The notes beneath the pieces are model-generated. The model saw only the letters and a list, made by a program, of their open reading frames with translations, was not told the DNA's origin and ran no database searches. A stretch of 64,000 nt of DNA from an uncultured Myxococcales bacterium (GTDB lineage: Bacteria; Myxococcota_A; Polyangia; JAAYKL01), in NCBI GenBank assembly GCA_964458775.1, contig CAYWLQ010000009.1, forward strand, positions 3,077 through 67,076. The letters run 5' to 3'. Shown here piece by piece: positions 1 to 10,683 of this stretch. Position numbers and translations under genes: made by a program. The stretch's first letter is position 1. Each line of letters opens with the position of its first letter.

Positions 1-19
1 GCTGGATAGAAAATGGCGA

Positions 20-610
20 GTGATTGCCATTGCTGGAATTACAGTCGTTTGTTGTTCTGCATGGCCGATGTATACAAGCGGCATTATCGATACATGGACA
101 GCATGGGCCGGCTCTATCTTTGCTTATCAAAACGATTGGCAGACAGATCTAACATTTAAACATGTATTTGGTGTCCGAAGTCTACTTCTACAATTTGGGG
201 GCTCTTGTCCATCGCTTGTTCCTGTTGCGTTAATTATATTGTTAATTCTCTTCCGCTATAGAAACAGGTTTTATCAAGATATATTACCGGGGGTATTCTT
301 CTCAATTTCATTGAGTTTTGTCTATGCCCATGACTACGACTTGGCCGCATGTGCTATTATCGCAACGCCTCTAATATTCCAAATTCAGTCTCGTCCGGTA
401 TTCCAGATAGTTGCCGTTGTTAGCTCACTTTTTCTCTTTTTTCCTCAACGTATCTGGATTTACTTAGGTTTTGACTGGGCAGCTAGAAGCAGAGAAGTTG
501 CATTGATTGTCCTCACTTCATTGTTGTTTTTTTCGATGTCAAAGCACTCCTCAAATTCATCTTCTCACATTGGAAAAACCACTACACGCTCAGGTAAATT
601 GGAAGTATAA
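20..610 (+). CDS. hypothetical polytopic membrane protein; may be the 3' part of a gene that starts before the window
   Basis: Hydrophobic segments throughout and no recognisable catalytic motif. The ORF sits at the window edge. Confidence 0.3.
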   Translation: MIAIAGITVVCCSAWPMYTSGIIDTWTAWAGSIFAYQNDWQTDLTFKHVFGVRSLLLQFGGSCPSLVPVALIILLILFRYRNRFYQDILPGVFFSISLSFVYAHDYDLAACAIIATPLIFQIQSRPVFQIVAVVSSLFLFFPQRIWIYLGFDWAARSREVALIVLTSLLFFSMSKHSSNSSSHIGKTTTRSGKLEV

Positions 611-716
611 TTTGATTTCAAAACAATGAACTATATTAACACATCTCATATGTTAGCGGCAACGGGTCTACCGTTGCATATTTACGCTAGAACACTCCTT
701 AATGAAACTGAAATAG

Positions 717-2210
717 ATGCCGCAATTATCTAATATTTTAAACGCAATAAAAAGGATATTTTCAAACTATGCTGTCTTAAGCATAGGGATTATCCTGTGC
801 ATTGCGGCAATTTTTTGGAATGCACTTAGGATTTATAACAGTTCCGATATTTGTCATGTTTCTGGCGCATGGCTGACTCTAGCGTCCGATTTTGCAAACG
901 GTATTTTCTATCGAGATTTGTATGATAATTCCACTGGATTTGGAGGCACGAGGTTTTTCCCTCTGCTTTTTATTATGCAATCTGGGATTTTCTTTTTTGG
1001 TATGGATACTTTAGTCGGAGCCCATCTAGTGTCTATTGGCATCGGAGTACTATTTCTTGTTCTTCTCGTAAAGTTTATGTTCCGCCTAACTGGTGATAGG
1101 GCAATAGTTTTTGTATTGTTAGGCCTTTTGTTTTTTACCAAACCCTTTATCATGGCCGTCGGTACCGCGAGAGGCGACTTACTTCCAGTTTTATTGAACA
1201 TTGTCGGCATCTATTTTGTACTCTATAACAAATCTCAAATTGAAAAACGGCTTTTAATTGCTACCATCTTCTTTTTGTCGGCTCTATCCGCCAAATTTAC
1301 ATCTATAAACGGTATAACAAGTGTTGTCATCTGGCTGTGGATGCAAGGTGACAAAAGATTATCGATAAAACTATCTGTCATTTACACAGCCGGTGTTTCG
1401 TTGATGCTCGTATTTTTCTATGTATCATCCGGCGGTAGATTTCTCGAAATTTTTACCACTTGCGCGACCGCAGACACTTCGCTTTATTTTATTTTGTCTG
1501 CACCGGTTAGATTTGTAACAAAGTTTTCACCCTATGATTTTTTTTCCACAGTACTTTTCTTGTGGGCATTGTTTTACTCCAGAAATAACACTACTAATTC
1601 TCCGGAAAAAAGCTTGGTATTCTGGTACTTTGTTACATCGATAATTCAAACAGTCATTGTATACTCTTCTCCGGGTACAATTGAAAATCATCTTATAGAC
1701 ATGGTAACCGCCTCTTTGTTGTTTATTGCAATACATCGTAACGAACACAAATTTTACAGAAAAGATTTGGTTCCTTTTTGGATGGGTATATTTTGTTTAT
1801 TGGCAGCAATTGGTATGATGCGCCATGATTTCAACTCTCTTCTCAAAGGCAAAGGCAGATATCCTACCGAATTGATATCATTTTTAAATAATTATAACTC
1901 TATATTGAGTGAAAACCCAACTATCCCTTTGATTGCCGGCAAAACAGTCTTTTTGCAGGATGCATTTATGTACCGGCTGTTTGTCAAAACCGATAAGACC
2001 GCAGAAGCTGAGATGCACCAACTTCTTAGTAAAAAGAAATTTGAAGTTATTGTCCTCATGTATAATGCAGCCCATCCATTTCAAACTAACTGGTATAGTG
2101 AAATTCATTTTGGGAGTTCATTTATTGAGTTGTTAAATCAAAACTATAGATATTCAAAACAGATCGGAGAGCATTACATATATTTGCCAAATGGTTCAAT
2201 TGGAAACTGA
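717..2210 (+). CDS. polytopic membrane protein (about 10 TM) with a C-terminal soluble domain; possibly a GT-C-like membrane glycosyltransferase linked to the polysaccharide locus
   Basis: Many hydrophobic helices and a long C-terminal non-membrane tail. The call is by context only. Confidence 0.3.
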   Translation: MPQLSNILNAIKRIFSNYAVLSIGIILCIAAIFWNALRIYNSSDICHVSGAWLTLASDFANGIFYRDLYDNSTGFGGTRFFPLLFIMQSGIFFFGMDTLVGAHLVSIGIGVLFLVLLVKFMFRLTGDRAIVFVLLGLLFFTKPFIMAVGTARGDLLPVLLNIVGIYFVLYNKSQIEKRLLIATIFFLSALSAKFTSINGITSVVIWLWMQGDKRLSIKLSVIYTAGVSLMLVFFYVSSGGRFLEIFTTCATADTSLYFILSAPVRFVTKFSPYDFFSTVLFLWALFYSRNNTTNSPEKSLVFWYFVTSIIQTVIVYSSPGTIENHLIDMVTASLLFIAIHRNEHKFYRKDLVPFWMGIFCLLAAIGMMRHDFNSLLKGKGRYPTELISFLNNYNSILSENPTIPLIAGKTVFLQDAFMYRLFVKTDKTAEAEMHQLLSKKKFEVIVLMYNAAHPFQTNWYSEIHFGSSFIELLNQNYRYSKQIGEHYIYLPNGSIGN

Positions 2211-2252
2211 TAAGAGTCTCTGTGGCTGGCTTTGTTATGTAAAATTGATGAT

Positions 2253-3803
2253 TTATTTTAGCAATTTGGCAAATCTTGCCTGAATCTTTTCAGGTAATAG
2301 CTTAATTATAAAGATTTTATCTTCCTTTCTAAAAATCAGTACCCAAATAGCGAACAAAATCGCAATACCGGCAATCATGCTTGAAACAGCCAATCGAGCC
2401 CAGCTGTCAATATTGAATAATTTGACTGGCAGCGCGAAAACGATAACAACAGGGATTGACAGCAAGGGATACAGCATGGGCCTTAAAATCGTGCTTAGTT
2501 TTTCATTCATAATCTTTGCAGCATATATGGGTTTGATTATACAACTATCGATTGTAAACATGATCATGCCTGATATTGCGATACCATAAATGCCAAGAGC
2601 AGTGAAATATGAAAGAAATACGGCAATAGCAACGTAAATAAAACCGCACACTAGCGATTGAATTGCAGGCGTTTTTACTCTATTGAAAGATATGAAAACG
2701 GTACCCAAAGAAACAGTTGAAACATGAAGCGGCAACATGACGAGCATGAGACTTAGGAGCATCCAGGTATGGGAAAACTCTTCACCTACCCAGATAGTCA
2801 TTAGATTGTATGATTGAACTACTAAGACACCACAAACAATTGACATGAATACGCCGGTCGATTTGATTGACATTGTCACGACATATTTTAAGCGCTTCAA
2901 ATCATTCCGTGCATATGCTGCCATAATAAGCGGCATGACGAGCGTAGACAATACCGAAACTACTGACATCACAGCGTTTAGCCATTGCTCCGCGACTGCC
3001 CATTCACTGGCTTCAACCACACCAACAAAACGATTGGCAATAAGTATATTCGAACGGGAATATAGCAGAACACCTACCAAACTAACAATACTCCAAACCG
3101 ACATGCGTAGAATTTCTCGGAGTTTTTCTTTGTCAAAGATTCGTGGTTTTATAACCATCTCAGGTGTTAACTTACGCCAGTAATAAACTCGAATAATATT
3201 AGCCAAAATTGACACAATAAGTAACGACAATCCAGTGTAGAAAATTTTTGGAGCATCAAACGTGAAGAATAGAACTATTAAAACTGTGCGCCCGATATGT
3301 TTGAATATCTCTACACCCTGTTCAACATCCAACCTATTGTTAGCAAAGATAGGAGCTGTAAATACTGCGCATCCTACATTTAATACAAAGGCGATCGATG
3401 AAAAGAGCATTAGGGAAAAAAAATCGTCTTTTAACTCTAGCGGAATAGTAAATATTTCCCCAAGACTGTAAAGTATAATCGTCCATACAGGAATTTGGAT
3501 TATAGATAAAACTAAGTTGGCTCGAAGGGCAGTATTAAAAGTATTATTTCCTTCAATCCAATCCTTTCTTTGTATATCAACTATTAGGAACCGAGAAGTT
3601 GCACCGTTAATTGAATTTGTAATAAATATTATATACTCGGACAGCATATAAGCCATGGGTACAAAACCGTACGCAACTTTTCCCAGATGATTTACCAGAT
3701 AAGTAGTAAGCCACATTCCAACTACAATACGTGACGCTACGCCGATGACAATTAAGAGTAAATTCTTAAGAACTTGTTTTTTTTCAGATATTCTTTCAGA
3801 CAT
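2253..3803 (-). CDS. wzx: Wzx-type polysaccharide flippase (MOP/PST superfamily)
   Basis: About 500 aa with 12-14 predicted TM helices, of typical Wzx length and architecture. The likely start is the internal Met (MSERISEKK) preceded by AAGG, so the ORF track's start at 3842 is probably too long. The gene lies inside the glycosyltransferase/Wzy cluster. Confidence 0.6.
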   Translation of the reverse strand: MSERISEKKQVLKNLLLIVIGVASRIVVGMWLTTYLVNHLGKVAYGFVPMAYMLSEYIIFITNSINGATSRFLIVDIQRKDWIEGNNTFNTALRANLVLSIIQIPVWTIILYSLGEIFTIPLELKDDFFSLMLFSSIAFVLNVGCAVFTAPIFANNRLDVEQGVEIFKHIGRTVLIVLFFTFDAPKIFYTGLSLLIVSILANIIRVYYWRKLTPEMVIKPRIFDKEKLREILRMSVWSIVSLVGVLLYSRSNILIANRFVGVVEASEWAVAEQWLNAVMSVVSVLSTLVMPLIMAAYARNDLKRLKYVVTMSIKSTGVFMSIVCGVLVVQSYNLMTIWVGEEFSHTWMLLSLMLVMLPLHVSTVSLGTVFISFNRVKTPAIQSLVCGFIYVAIAVFLSYFTALGIYGIAISGMIMFTIDSCIIKPIYAAKIMNEKLSTILRPMLYPLLSIPVVIVFALPVKLFNIDSWARLAVSSMIAGIAILFAIWVLIFRKEDKIFIIKLLPEKIQARFAKLLK

Positions 3804-3931
3804 TCTCTGAGACCTTTTGTATGAAAACGTTTTACAACGCAATTGGTGGAATGGCTTATCGCAATATGATTAAAATGAGTGTATTTTTTGAAACTCTGCT
3901 TTACAAAAAGCAATCGTATCATATGGAGATA

Positions 3932-4792
3932 CTAAAACTCAAATGCCGCTCTAATATCATTTAGTCTAGTTAAAGATTTCGAAGAAATAGAGACCGCTAC
4001 ATGATGTTCTTTCATTTTCTTTTTAAATTCTACCAGGCCTGCAAGACTCAAAGGTACATGATCGTAATAGTCATGAGTGTGCTTTACCGGATCGTTGTAG
4101 TGTCCGGAGTTGTCTAATCCCAAAACCTGCGATACGTAAATGCCGTAAAGAGTATATTCTGACAATCTGAGTTGACCGCAAAGAACCCTTTGCCAACTTT
4201 TGTTTTGTTTTATTTCTATAGTATGAAACATACTTTTAAGAATTTGTTTTTTCCAAAAAATGAAAGGCGCTACGTAAATATCTGATATCGTGTTGAAACC
4301 ATTTAAGTTAAAAATATCAGCAGAAGTTCTTTGCCAAACGTCAAATTCAGGAATGCTATTTTTCAATGGTTCACAGTATAGGCTGATATTATCCTCTCTT
4401 ACAAAATTTTCCAAACAAAACTTCTTTACGAAAAAAGTATCTGAGTCAATGATTAGGAAAAAGGGCTCCGGCAGCAACTCACCTATGGATAGCTTCACAA
4501 TTTGTTGTCTTATCCAACCTCTCACAGGTAGTGTTTTGAGGCTCAAGTACCATTTTTTTGAAATAGGAAAGGGAATAATCCATCTAGGTAGGAAATCTTC
4601 CTGAAATAATACTTTTGTACGATATGATTCCAAATGTCTAAATAGATAGTAGTCATTTTTTGGAACAATCAAATAGTGTATTATTGAATCTTCTACATAT
4701 CTATTCACGCTATCCACAAGTAATCTACATGGTTCATAATCAATGTGATAGCTGGGCGTTACAATCGCTAGTTGTGTCTTATCAATAGGCAA
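3932..4792 (-). CDS. putative GT-A fold (nucleotide-diphospho-sugar) glycosyltransferase
   Basis: N-terminal 'LAIVTPSYH..' beta-strand start and 'FFLIIDSDTFF' DxD-like motif. Cytoplasmic, and located in the polysaccharide cluster. Confidence 0.4.
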   Translation of the reverse strand: MPIDKTQLAIVTPSYHIDYEPCRLLVDSVNRYVEDSIIHYLIVPKNDYYLFRHLESYRTKVLFQEDFLPRWIIPFPISKKWYLSLKTLPVRGWIRQQIVKLSIGELLPEPFFLIIDSDTFFVKKFCLENFVREDNISLYCEPLKNSIPEFDVWQRTSADIFNLNGFNTISDIYVAPFIFWKKQILKSMFHTIEIKQNKSWQRVLCGQLRLSEYTLYGIYVSQVLGLDNSGHYNDPVKHTHDYYDHVPLSLAGLVEFKKKMKEHHVAVSISSKSLTRLNDIRAAFEF

Positions 4793-5117
4793 GGAAACTA
4801 CTCCTTTTTAAAAATGGCTTTTTAGTTAAGTACACTTTTATTGCCACGTCAACAAAGAGAGAAATTACATATTCATATCTTTAATGAATTCAAATCTTGA
4901 AAAAATCAATTTCTGGTGTGCCGGTCTGAAATTGTTCGATAAAAAGTGATTTAGGGGAAAGTGTCTTGCAATCATCAAGAAGAAGAAATAGATATAGCAA
5001 ACAGTGCAAAAACACTTCAAATTTGATTTCAAATGAGTCAAAAGCGCTGAAAGATTAGACAATAGATTCTCCATGGGCCGGAGGGCTCAGAGCTAACAAT
5101 TTGTACGGAGGACAAAA

Positions 5118-6431
5118 ATGGATATAAGCGTATTTGGACTAGGATATGTAGGCGTCGTGAGCATGGCTTGTTTGGCTTCCAGAGGACATCGAATGATAGG
5201 TGTCGATGTCAATTCAACAAAAATCGATTTGATCAACGACGGGAAGTGCCCGATCGTGGAAAAGGATCTTCCTGAGCTTTTGTTGCTGGGAAAGCAAAAA
5301 GGGCTCATTTCAGCAACAAACAGCGCTGAAAAAGCTATTGCCGAATCAGTGTTGTCTATTATTTGTGTCGGTACTCCCAGTAGGGCAAACGGCAGCCTTA
5401 ATACATCATATCTGGAGAACGTATGTAAAGATATCGCCTTATGCCTGAAAAACAAGGGAGCAGAACATATCCTTGTTTTTCGCAGCACCATGCTGCCGGG
5501 GACGGCGATTGATACAGTCATCCCGCTCCTTGAAAAACATTCCGGTTTGACCGAAGGAAAAGATTTTCACGTTGTCTTTAATCCGGAATTCCTTCGGGAA
5601 GCCACCGCAGTTTTCGATTTCAACAATCCGCCCAAAACCGTAGTGGGCGGAAGAAATCCAGCCATTGTGCTGAAAGTGCTGGATGTCTATCAAGGCATTC
5701 CCGGGCCGATGATCGGCACCACTTTAGAAGCGGCTGAAATGGTCAAGTATCTGGACAACAATTTTCATGCGTTAAAAATTACGTTTGCAAATGAAGTCGG
5801 CCATATTTGCAAAAAGCTGAATATTGACAGTCATAAAGTAATGGAAATCTTTTTACAGGATACCAAGCTGAACATCTCAAGTTACTACCTGTGGCCGGGT
5901 TTTGCTTTCGGCGGATCTTGTCTTCCCAAAGACCTCAGAGCTGTCACCTACTTGTCAAAAATGCTCGACCTGGAAACACCTATGCTCAATTCGATGATGA
6001 TAAGCAACCAGGCCCAAATTCTTGCCGTAATCAAACGCGTAATCGCTCACGGTAAAAAGAAAATCGGAATCGCCGGTTTTAGTTTCAAAGCCGGGACCGA
6101 CGATCTGCGTGAAAGTCCGATGATTGAGGTAATTGAAACATTATTGGGAAAGGGATACGACCTCAAACTCTACGACAAGAATGTCAATCTTGCCAGATTG
6201 ATGGGAGCAAACAAGGACTACATCGAAAACCGAATTCCGCATATCGCTTCTCTGATGGTCAGCACACTGGATGAAATTATTGCAGACAGAGAGTTGATCA
6301 TCGTCGGTAATCGCGCTGAAGAATTTACCCGGTTGTTGACGGTGTGCAGAGAAGACCAAATTATTTTTGATTTGGTTAGAATTGGAAATCAAATCAACTC
6401 AAAGGCGGGATATGATGGAATTTGCTGGTAA
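5118..6431 (+). CDS. NDP-sugar dehydrogenase (UDP-glucose / UDP-ManNAc / GDP-mannose 6-dehydrogenase family)
   Basis: N-terminal Rossmann 'ISVFGLGYVGVV' and the catalytic-Cys motif 'GFAFGGSCLPKDLRA'. 437 aa. Confidence 0.85.
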   Translation: MDISVFGLGYVGVVSMACLASRGHRMIGVDVNSTKIDLINDGKCPIVEKDLPELLLLGKQKGLISATNSAEKAIAESVLSIICVGTPSRANGSLNTSYLENVCKDIALCLKNKGAEHILVFRSTMLPGTAIDTVIPLLEKHSGLTEGKDFHVVFNPEFLREATAVFDFNNPPKTVVGGRNPAIVLKVLDVYQGIPGPMIGTTLEAAEMVKYLDNNFHALKITFANEVGHICKKLNIDSHKVMEIFLQDTKLNISSYYLWPGFAFGGSCLPKDLRAVTYLSKMLDLETPMLNSMMISNQAQILAVIKRVIAHGKKKIGIAGFSFKAGTDDLRESPMIEVIETLLGKGYDLKLYDKNVNLARLMGANKDYIENRIPHIASLMVSTLDEIIADRELIIVGNRAEEFTRLLTVCREDQIIFDLVRIGNQINSKAGYDGICW

Positions 6432-7608
6432 GAAAGTTCTTATTGTTGTCGAAAATTTGCCGAGCCCGTTTGATCGCCGAGTTTGGCAGGAGGCCAACGC
6501 GCTCAAAGAAAAGGGTGCCGTTGTCTCTATCATTTGTCCGACTGGAAAAGGGTATGAGAAAAAATACGAGTGCATTGACGGCATTCATATCTATCGACAC
6601 AACTTGCCCCTGGATGCAGACGGGGCTCTCGGCTACCTTCACGAGTATTCGGCTGCGCTGTTCTGGGAATTTTTTCTCACCTGTAAGGTTCTGGTGAAAC
6701 ATGGTTTTGATGTAATTCATGCATGCAACCCTCCTGATTTAATTTTTCTGACCGCATTGCCGTTTAAACTGTTCGGTAAGAAATTTGTTTTTGATCATCA
6801 CGACATTAATCCGGAGCTCTATATCGCCAAGTTCAATAAGAAAGGTCTCTTCTATCGACTTATGCTGCTGTTTGAGCGCTTAACGTTTGCCGGCGCAGAT
6901 ATGAGCATTGCGACAAATCATTCTTACAAAGAGATAGCGATAACCAGAGGGAAAATGCCTGCCGAGCGCGTTCATGTGGTTAGAAGCGGTCCGAGTCTCG
7001 ATAGACTCAAAATTAAACCGCCGGTGCCGGAATTGAAAAAAGGAAGGAAATATTTGGTCGGCTACGTCGGAGTGATAGGTAAGCAAGAAGGACTGCAATA
7101 CCTAATTGATGCTGCAAGCTACATCGTGAAAAAAAAGAAAAGAGAAGACATTCATTTTATTTGCGTCGGCGGCGGCACAGAATTGGAAAAAGTCAAACAG
7201 TATGGGAGAGAACAAGGCGTTGCAGACTACTTTACTTTTACCGGTCGAGTGCCGGACGAGGAAATGCTTGATGCTCTTAATACCGCAGATGTTTGTGTCA
7301 ATACGGATGAGTACAACGAAATGAATGATAAATCGACTATGAACAAGATCATGGAATACATGGCATTAAAAAAACCGATCGTTCAGTTCGAGCTCAAAGA
7401 AGGCAGGTTCTCGGCACAAGAGGCTTCGCTATATGCCGATAGAAATAATGCTGAAGACATGGCAGAAAAAATTGTGATGCTGTGTGACAATCCGGATATG
7501 CGAACAACGATGGGAGAATTTGGATACAACCGTGTAAAGAATGAGCTGGCTTGGACATATGAAAAGGAAAATCTGTATTCGGCTTACAGACAGATTTGGA
7601 AAAATTGA
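6412..7608 (+). CDS. glycosyltransferase family 4 (GT-B, RfaB-like)
   Basis: 'KVLIVVENLPSP', 'HACNPPDL' and a C-terminal GT4 EX7E-like region. The start overlaps the dehydrogenase stop by about 20 nt, which suggests translational coupling. Confidence 0.8.
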   Translation: MMEFAGKKVLIVVENLPSPFDRRVWQEANALKEKGAVVSIICPTGKGYEKKYECIDGIHIYRHNLPLDADGALGYLHEYSAALFWEFFLTCKVLVKHGFDVIHACNPPDLIFLTALPFKLFGKKFVFDHHDINPELYIAKFNKKGLFYRLMLLFERLTFAGADMSIATNHSYKEIAITRGKMPAERVHVVRSGPSLDRLKIKPPVPELKKGRKYLVGYVGVIGKQEGLQYLIDAASYIVKKKKREDIHFICVGGGTELEKVKQYGREQGVADYFTFTGRVPDEEMLDALNTADVCVNTDEYNEMNDKSTMNKIMEYMALKKPIVQFELKEGRFSAQEASLYADRNNAEDMAEKIVMLCDNPDMRTTMGEFGYNRVKNELAWTYEKENLYSAYRQIWKN

Positions 7609-7633
7609 ATAGTACCATTTTAGACTTGTGCTT

Positions 7634-8806
7634 TCATTCATTCTCAAAAAAACTATTTATTTTCTTATCCAATTCATCAAAAGCCTTATCCCCCAAAATA
7701 AATGAAGAATTCTTTTGCCATGCCCTCTCACTTAATTCTTTCCATCGCTTTTTTTGATCTATCAGATGCTCTAATGCATCAATCAGCGAGGACTCATCCG
7801 AAAAGAAACATGCCGATTGGTCATCCAGATCAAACCCGCGTGCACCAATTTTTGTTGTCAATAGCGGCAATTTTGCGGAAATAAATTCCGCCACTTTGAG
7901 ACTGCTTCCGGAACCGGAGAAGATTGGATTAATTGCAATGTCAGCCATTTTAAAGAACGGTTCGATCCGTGGCACTTTGCCATATGACTCCAAAAGTTCA
8001 TTGTATTTCTTCGCCGGAAGTACACTTCCGACAATTGATATTCTTATTCCTAACTCTTTCAAACGATTGTAATAGTGCTCAGAGAAAGATATTAGAAACT
8101 CAGCTCCCTCAACATTTGGACCATATATACTGGCCGGGAATAATAGAACAGTGTCCTCTATATGAAAACAAAGCTGTGCACGAACCTCAACTTTGAGATT
8201 TTCATCTTCTGAATAGAGACTCGCATCTATTCCGTTCGGCAGTAAATATACCTCTGATTTTCCACCCAAATTTTCGAAATACTCAGCATCCGACGGCGTA
8301 CAACACAAAGTGATATCAGCTAAAAGATGTGCTTCGCTCTCAATATCACGAAGCCGGTTTCTAATTCTTAAAGATTTTGTATATCGAGCATGTTCCACGT
8401 TATGCGTATTAAAAATTTTCAAGCCCTTAAATTTTTTCAGCCCCCAAATCGTATAAGGGGAATCAGAGACTAAAATATCTGCATCAGCCAAATATTTTCT
8501 ATGCAGCATCTTTCCCAAAATACGCAACTTGAAATCGATCCAAAACGCCGGAATACCAAATCGATATCCGATTCTTGACATCAAGGTAAACAATGATGAA
8601 GATTCTGTAACTTCTCCGATTTGCTTTGGATGGTTAATGGGAGCACCGTCGATCAATCGCTTGTTCGCTAATGACAGGATCAATACATCATATCCACGAT
8701 TATTAAAACCATAAGCAATAAAACTAGTACGAAGATTTCCACCGGAAATAACCGGATATACTCTCAAAGGGGAAACAATTACAACCTTCTTTTTTGTTTT
8801 CATCAA
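7634..8806 (-). CDS. glycosyltransferase family 4
   Basis: 'KVVIVSPLRVYPVISGG' N-terminus and GT-B C-terminal domain pattern. 390 aa. Confidence 0.7.
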   Translation of the reverse strand: MMKTKKKVVIVSPLRVYPVISGGNLRTSFIAYGFNNRGYDVLILSLANKRLIDGAPINHPKQIGEVTESSSLFTLMSRIGYRFGIPAFWIDFKLRILGKMLHRKYLADADILVSDSPYTIWGLKKFKGLKIFNTHNVEHARYTKSLRIRNRLRDIESEAHLLADITLCCTPSDAEYFENLGGKSEVYLLPNGIDASLYSEDENLKVEVRAQLCFHIEDTVLLFPASIYGPNVEGAEFLISFSEHYYNRLKELGIRISIVGSVLPAKKYNELLESYGKVPRIEPFFKMADIAINPIFSGSGSSLKVAEFISAKLPLLTTKIGARGFDLDDQSACFFSDESSLIDALEHLIDQKKRWKELSERAWQKNSSFILGDKAFDELDKKINSFFENE

Positions 8807-8932
8807 TCACCGCTCTGAAAAAATTTTTTTTGATAAATAAATAAACATAATCAACTTAGATTATGCATTTATTCTATCTAACTCTTATATCTCATCGATT
8901 TGAATAACTAAGCTAATTTCATATACGCTCTT

Positions 8933-10402
8933 TTATCCGTCATCTTTTAAGCCGCCTGTCTGCATGACCAAATTCGAAACACATGCTATAGGGGTACACA
9001 GCAAGATGGCAGAATCTGTGCAACCTAAACCTACGTCACCATAACATTGTACCAAAAAGATGGGTATCATGCACATAGCTGCAGTGGCTGTTACACGATG
9101 GATTGATTTTTGACTTGTGCGATATGTCCTACTTGCAAGAAAAACTCCAACCGGCATAAAAATCCATGTAAGAAAAAATCCGAAAATTCCCGTATATGCT
9201 AGGTGTCCCAATAAGTGATTATGTGGATTATATCGGTAGTTGTACTCAAAGACTATTCCAATCAAAGGCTCATCATATGGATGTCCCCATCCGGTTCCAA
9301 ACAAGGGTCTTTTACGAAATGTTTGTATTAAATTGTAATTTTCCACATGGCGAACCCAGTTTGATGCGTCTCGATCGTCTCCAACTGAAATTATACTGTG
9401 CACCGGTGCAAATATTTTTGAGTTAGAATTCATTCCTGCAATAAAATACAATATTATTATCGGCATCATTACCAAAATAACGCGAATAAACCACCAGCGT
9501 AATTGACTCTTTATGTTAAAAAAGATGGTAATCATGCCGAATGCCAATGAAACGAAAGCAATTCGTCTATCATTGACAATGATGCCGTACATTACAATGC
9601 CGCCTACTACCAGAAGATTAACAAGTGCCTTTTTCGTTTTTTCTTCTATTAGATTTGCAACAAGAATAAGTTCTAATAGTACAAACCACACTGTCTCATA
9701 GTGGGTCATAACGTATTCAACCTGCAAACCCTGCGGACGTACAAAGGCAAAGTAGAAATATGCGCCTTCCACAACGTGAGCTATGCATGCTATTGCCAGG
9801 CCGATTGCCAAACGCCGAAAATCCTTTTCAGTCTTAAACGCACGCATACAAATAATTAAAAATAACGCAGACCATAAAGGAGTTCGCATTTGATAAAAAG
9901 CTTCCGTGAGATTTCCGCCTCTTAAAACCCCATAGGTTGTTGAAAAAATAACGGCACCGAGAGCTGCCAATGAAGCTATTTTCATTGGCTTGGCTGCTGT
10001 ATAGGTAAGATGCCTATCGATATTATTTCGCGTTATTGTACGAACTAGAATAACGATTAAAAAGATGACAAATACGATTTCTTGAATACTGAATATCAAA
10101 ATGGGAATACCGGTTAGGTTATGCAACAGTCCATAGATAATATTTCCAAATAGAGTTAAGGGTCCATTCCATATGCCGGAGGCAGGAATGTGCGCTGGAT
10201 TATTGACGAGAAGTAAGAAGATCCAAAAGGCCAACACTGTATGACGAAGCGGCAATCGGATTATAGCAATGATAGCAGCAATCGCCAAAAAAGGGGCAAT
10301 CGCTACAGCAATATTTCCGTTGGTTAATCCTAAAAGCACTGCCACCGCTAAAACTGAGACAACAGAAAGAAGTATATTATATTTATTTGCCAAACTGAGC
10401 AT
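8933..10402 (-). CDS. wzy: Wzy-like polysaccharide polymerase / O-antigen-ligase family membrane protein
   Basis: About 12 TM helices with a large periplasmic loop. The position matches a Wzx/Wzy pathway. Confidence 0.5.
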   Translation of the reverse strand: MLSLANKYNILLSVVSVLAVAVLLGLTNGNIAVAIAPFLAIAAIIAIIRLPLRHTVLAFWIFLLLVNNPAHIPASGIWNGPLTLFGNIIYGLLHNLTGIPILIFSIQEIVFVIFLIVILVRTITRNNIDRHLTYTAAKPMKIASLAALGAVIFSTTYGVLRGGNLTEAFYQMRTPLWSALFLIICMRAFKTEKDFRRLAIGLAIACIAHVVEGAYFYFAFVRPQGLQVEYVMTHYETVWFVLLELILVANLIEEKTKKALVNLLVVGGIVMYGIIVNDRRIAFVSLAFGMITIFFNIKSQLRWWFIRVILVMMPIIILYFIAGMNSNSKIFAPVHSIISVGDDRDASNWVRHVENYNLIQTFRKRPLFGTGWGHPYDEPLIGIVFEYNYRYNPHNHLLGHLAYTGIFGFFLTWIFMPVGVFLASRTYRTSQKSIHRVTATAAMCMIPIFLVQCYGDVGLGCTDSAILLCTPIACVSNLVMQTGGLKDDG

Positions 10403-10473
10403 ATCCTATTTTTCTTCTAAAACCTGTATTCTTGTATTAAGGAAATTCAGCTACTATGCACCGGCTTGTACTG

Positions 10474-10683
10474 TTACCGCTGCAACCACCACATACTTGG
10501 CGGAGGAGTCGTTTCAATCAAGTCAGCAACGATAAATATAAGAGCCAATGCATACAAAACCACAAAAATAAACACGCCGACAAGAGCTCTTATCAGCCCG
10601 CGTCTAGGAGAAGGAGATCTTGCGAAAAAAGACGGAATACCTACCATCGCAAAAATAATAGAAAGTGCAATAAGTTTGTCCAT
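10474..10683 (-). CDS. small two-TM membrane protein
   Basis: 69 aa with two hydrophobic helices. Its start lies directly next to the stop of the upstream beta-barrel gene. Confidence 0.3.
   Translation of the reverse strand: MDKLIALSIIFAMVGIPSFFARSPSPRRGLIRALVGVFIFVVLYALALIFIVADLIETTPPPSMWWLQR

Noticed and set aside
20-2210. The first two plus-strand membrane ORFs considered as one frameshifted gene
   Set aside because: They lie in different frames, and a 100-nt gap contains stops in all frames. The first ORF looks like a C-terminal membrane segment and the second like an independent N-terminus with its own soluble tail.
5093-6720. Minus-strand ORFs (142, 84, 83, 108 aa) overlapping the NDP-sugar dehydrogenase and GT4 genes
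   Set aside because: They are antisense to strongly supported coding regions and have no motifs. These are typical spurious ORFs.
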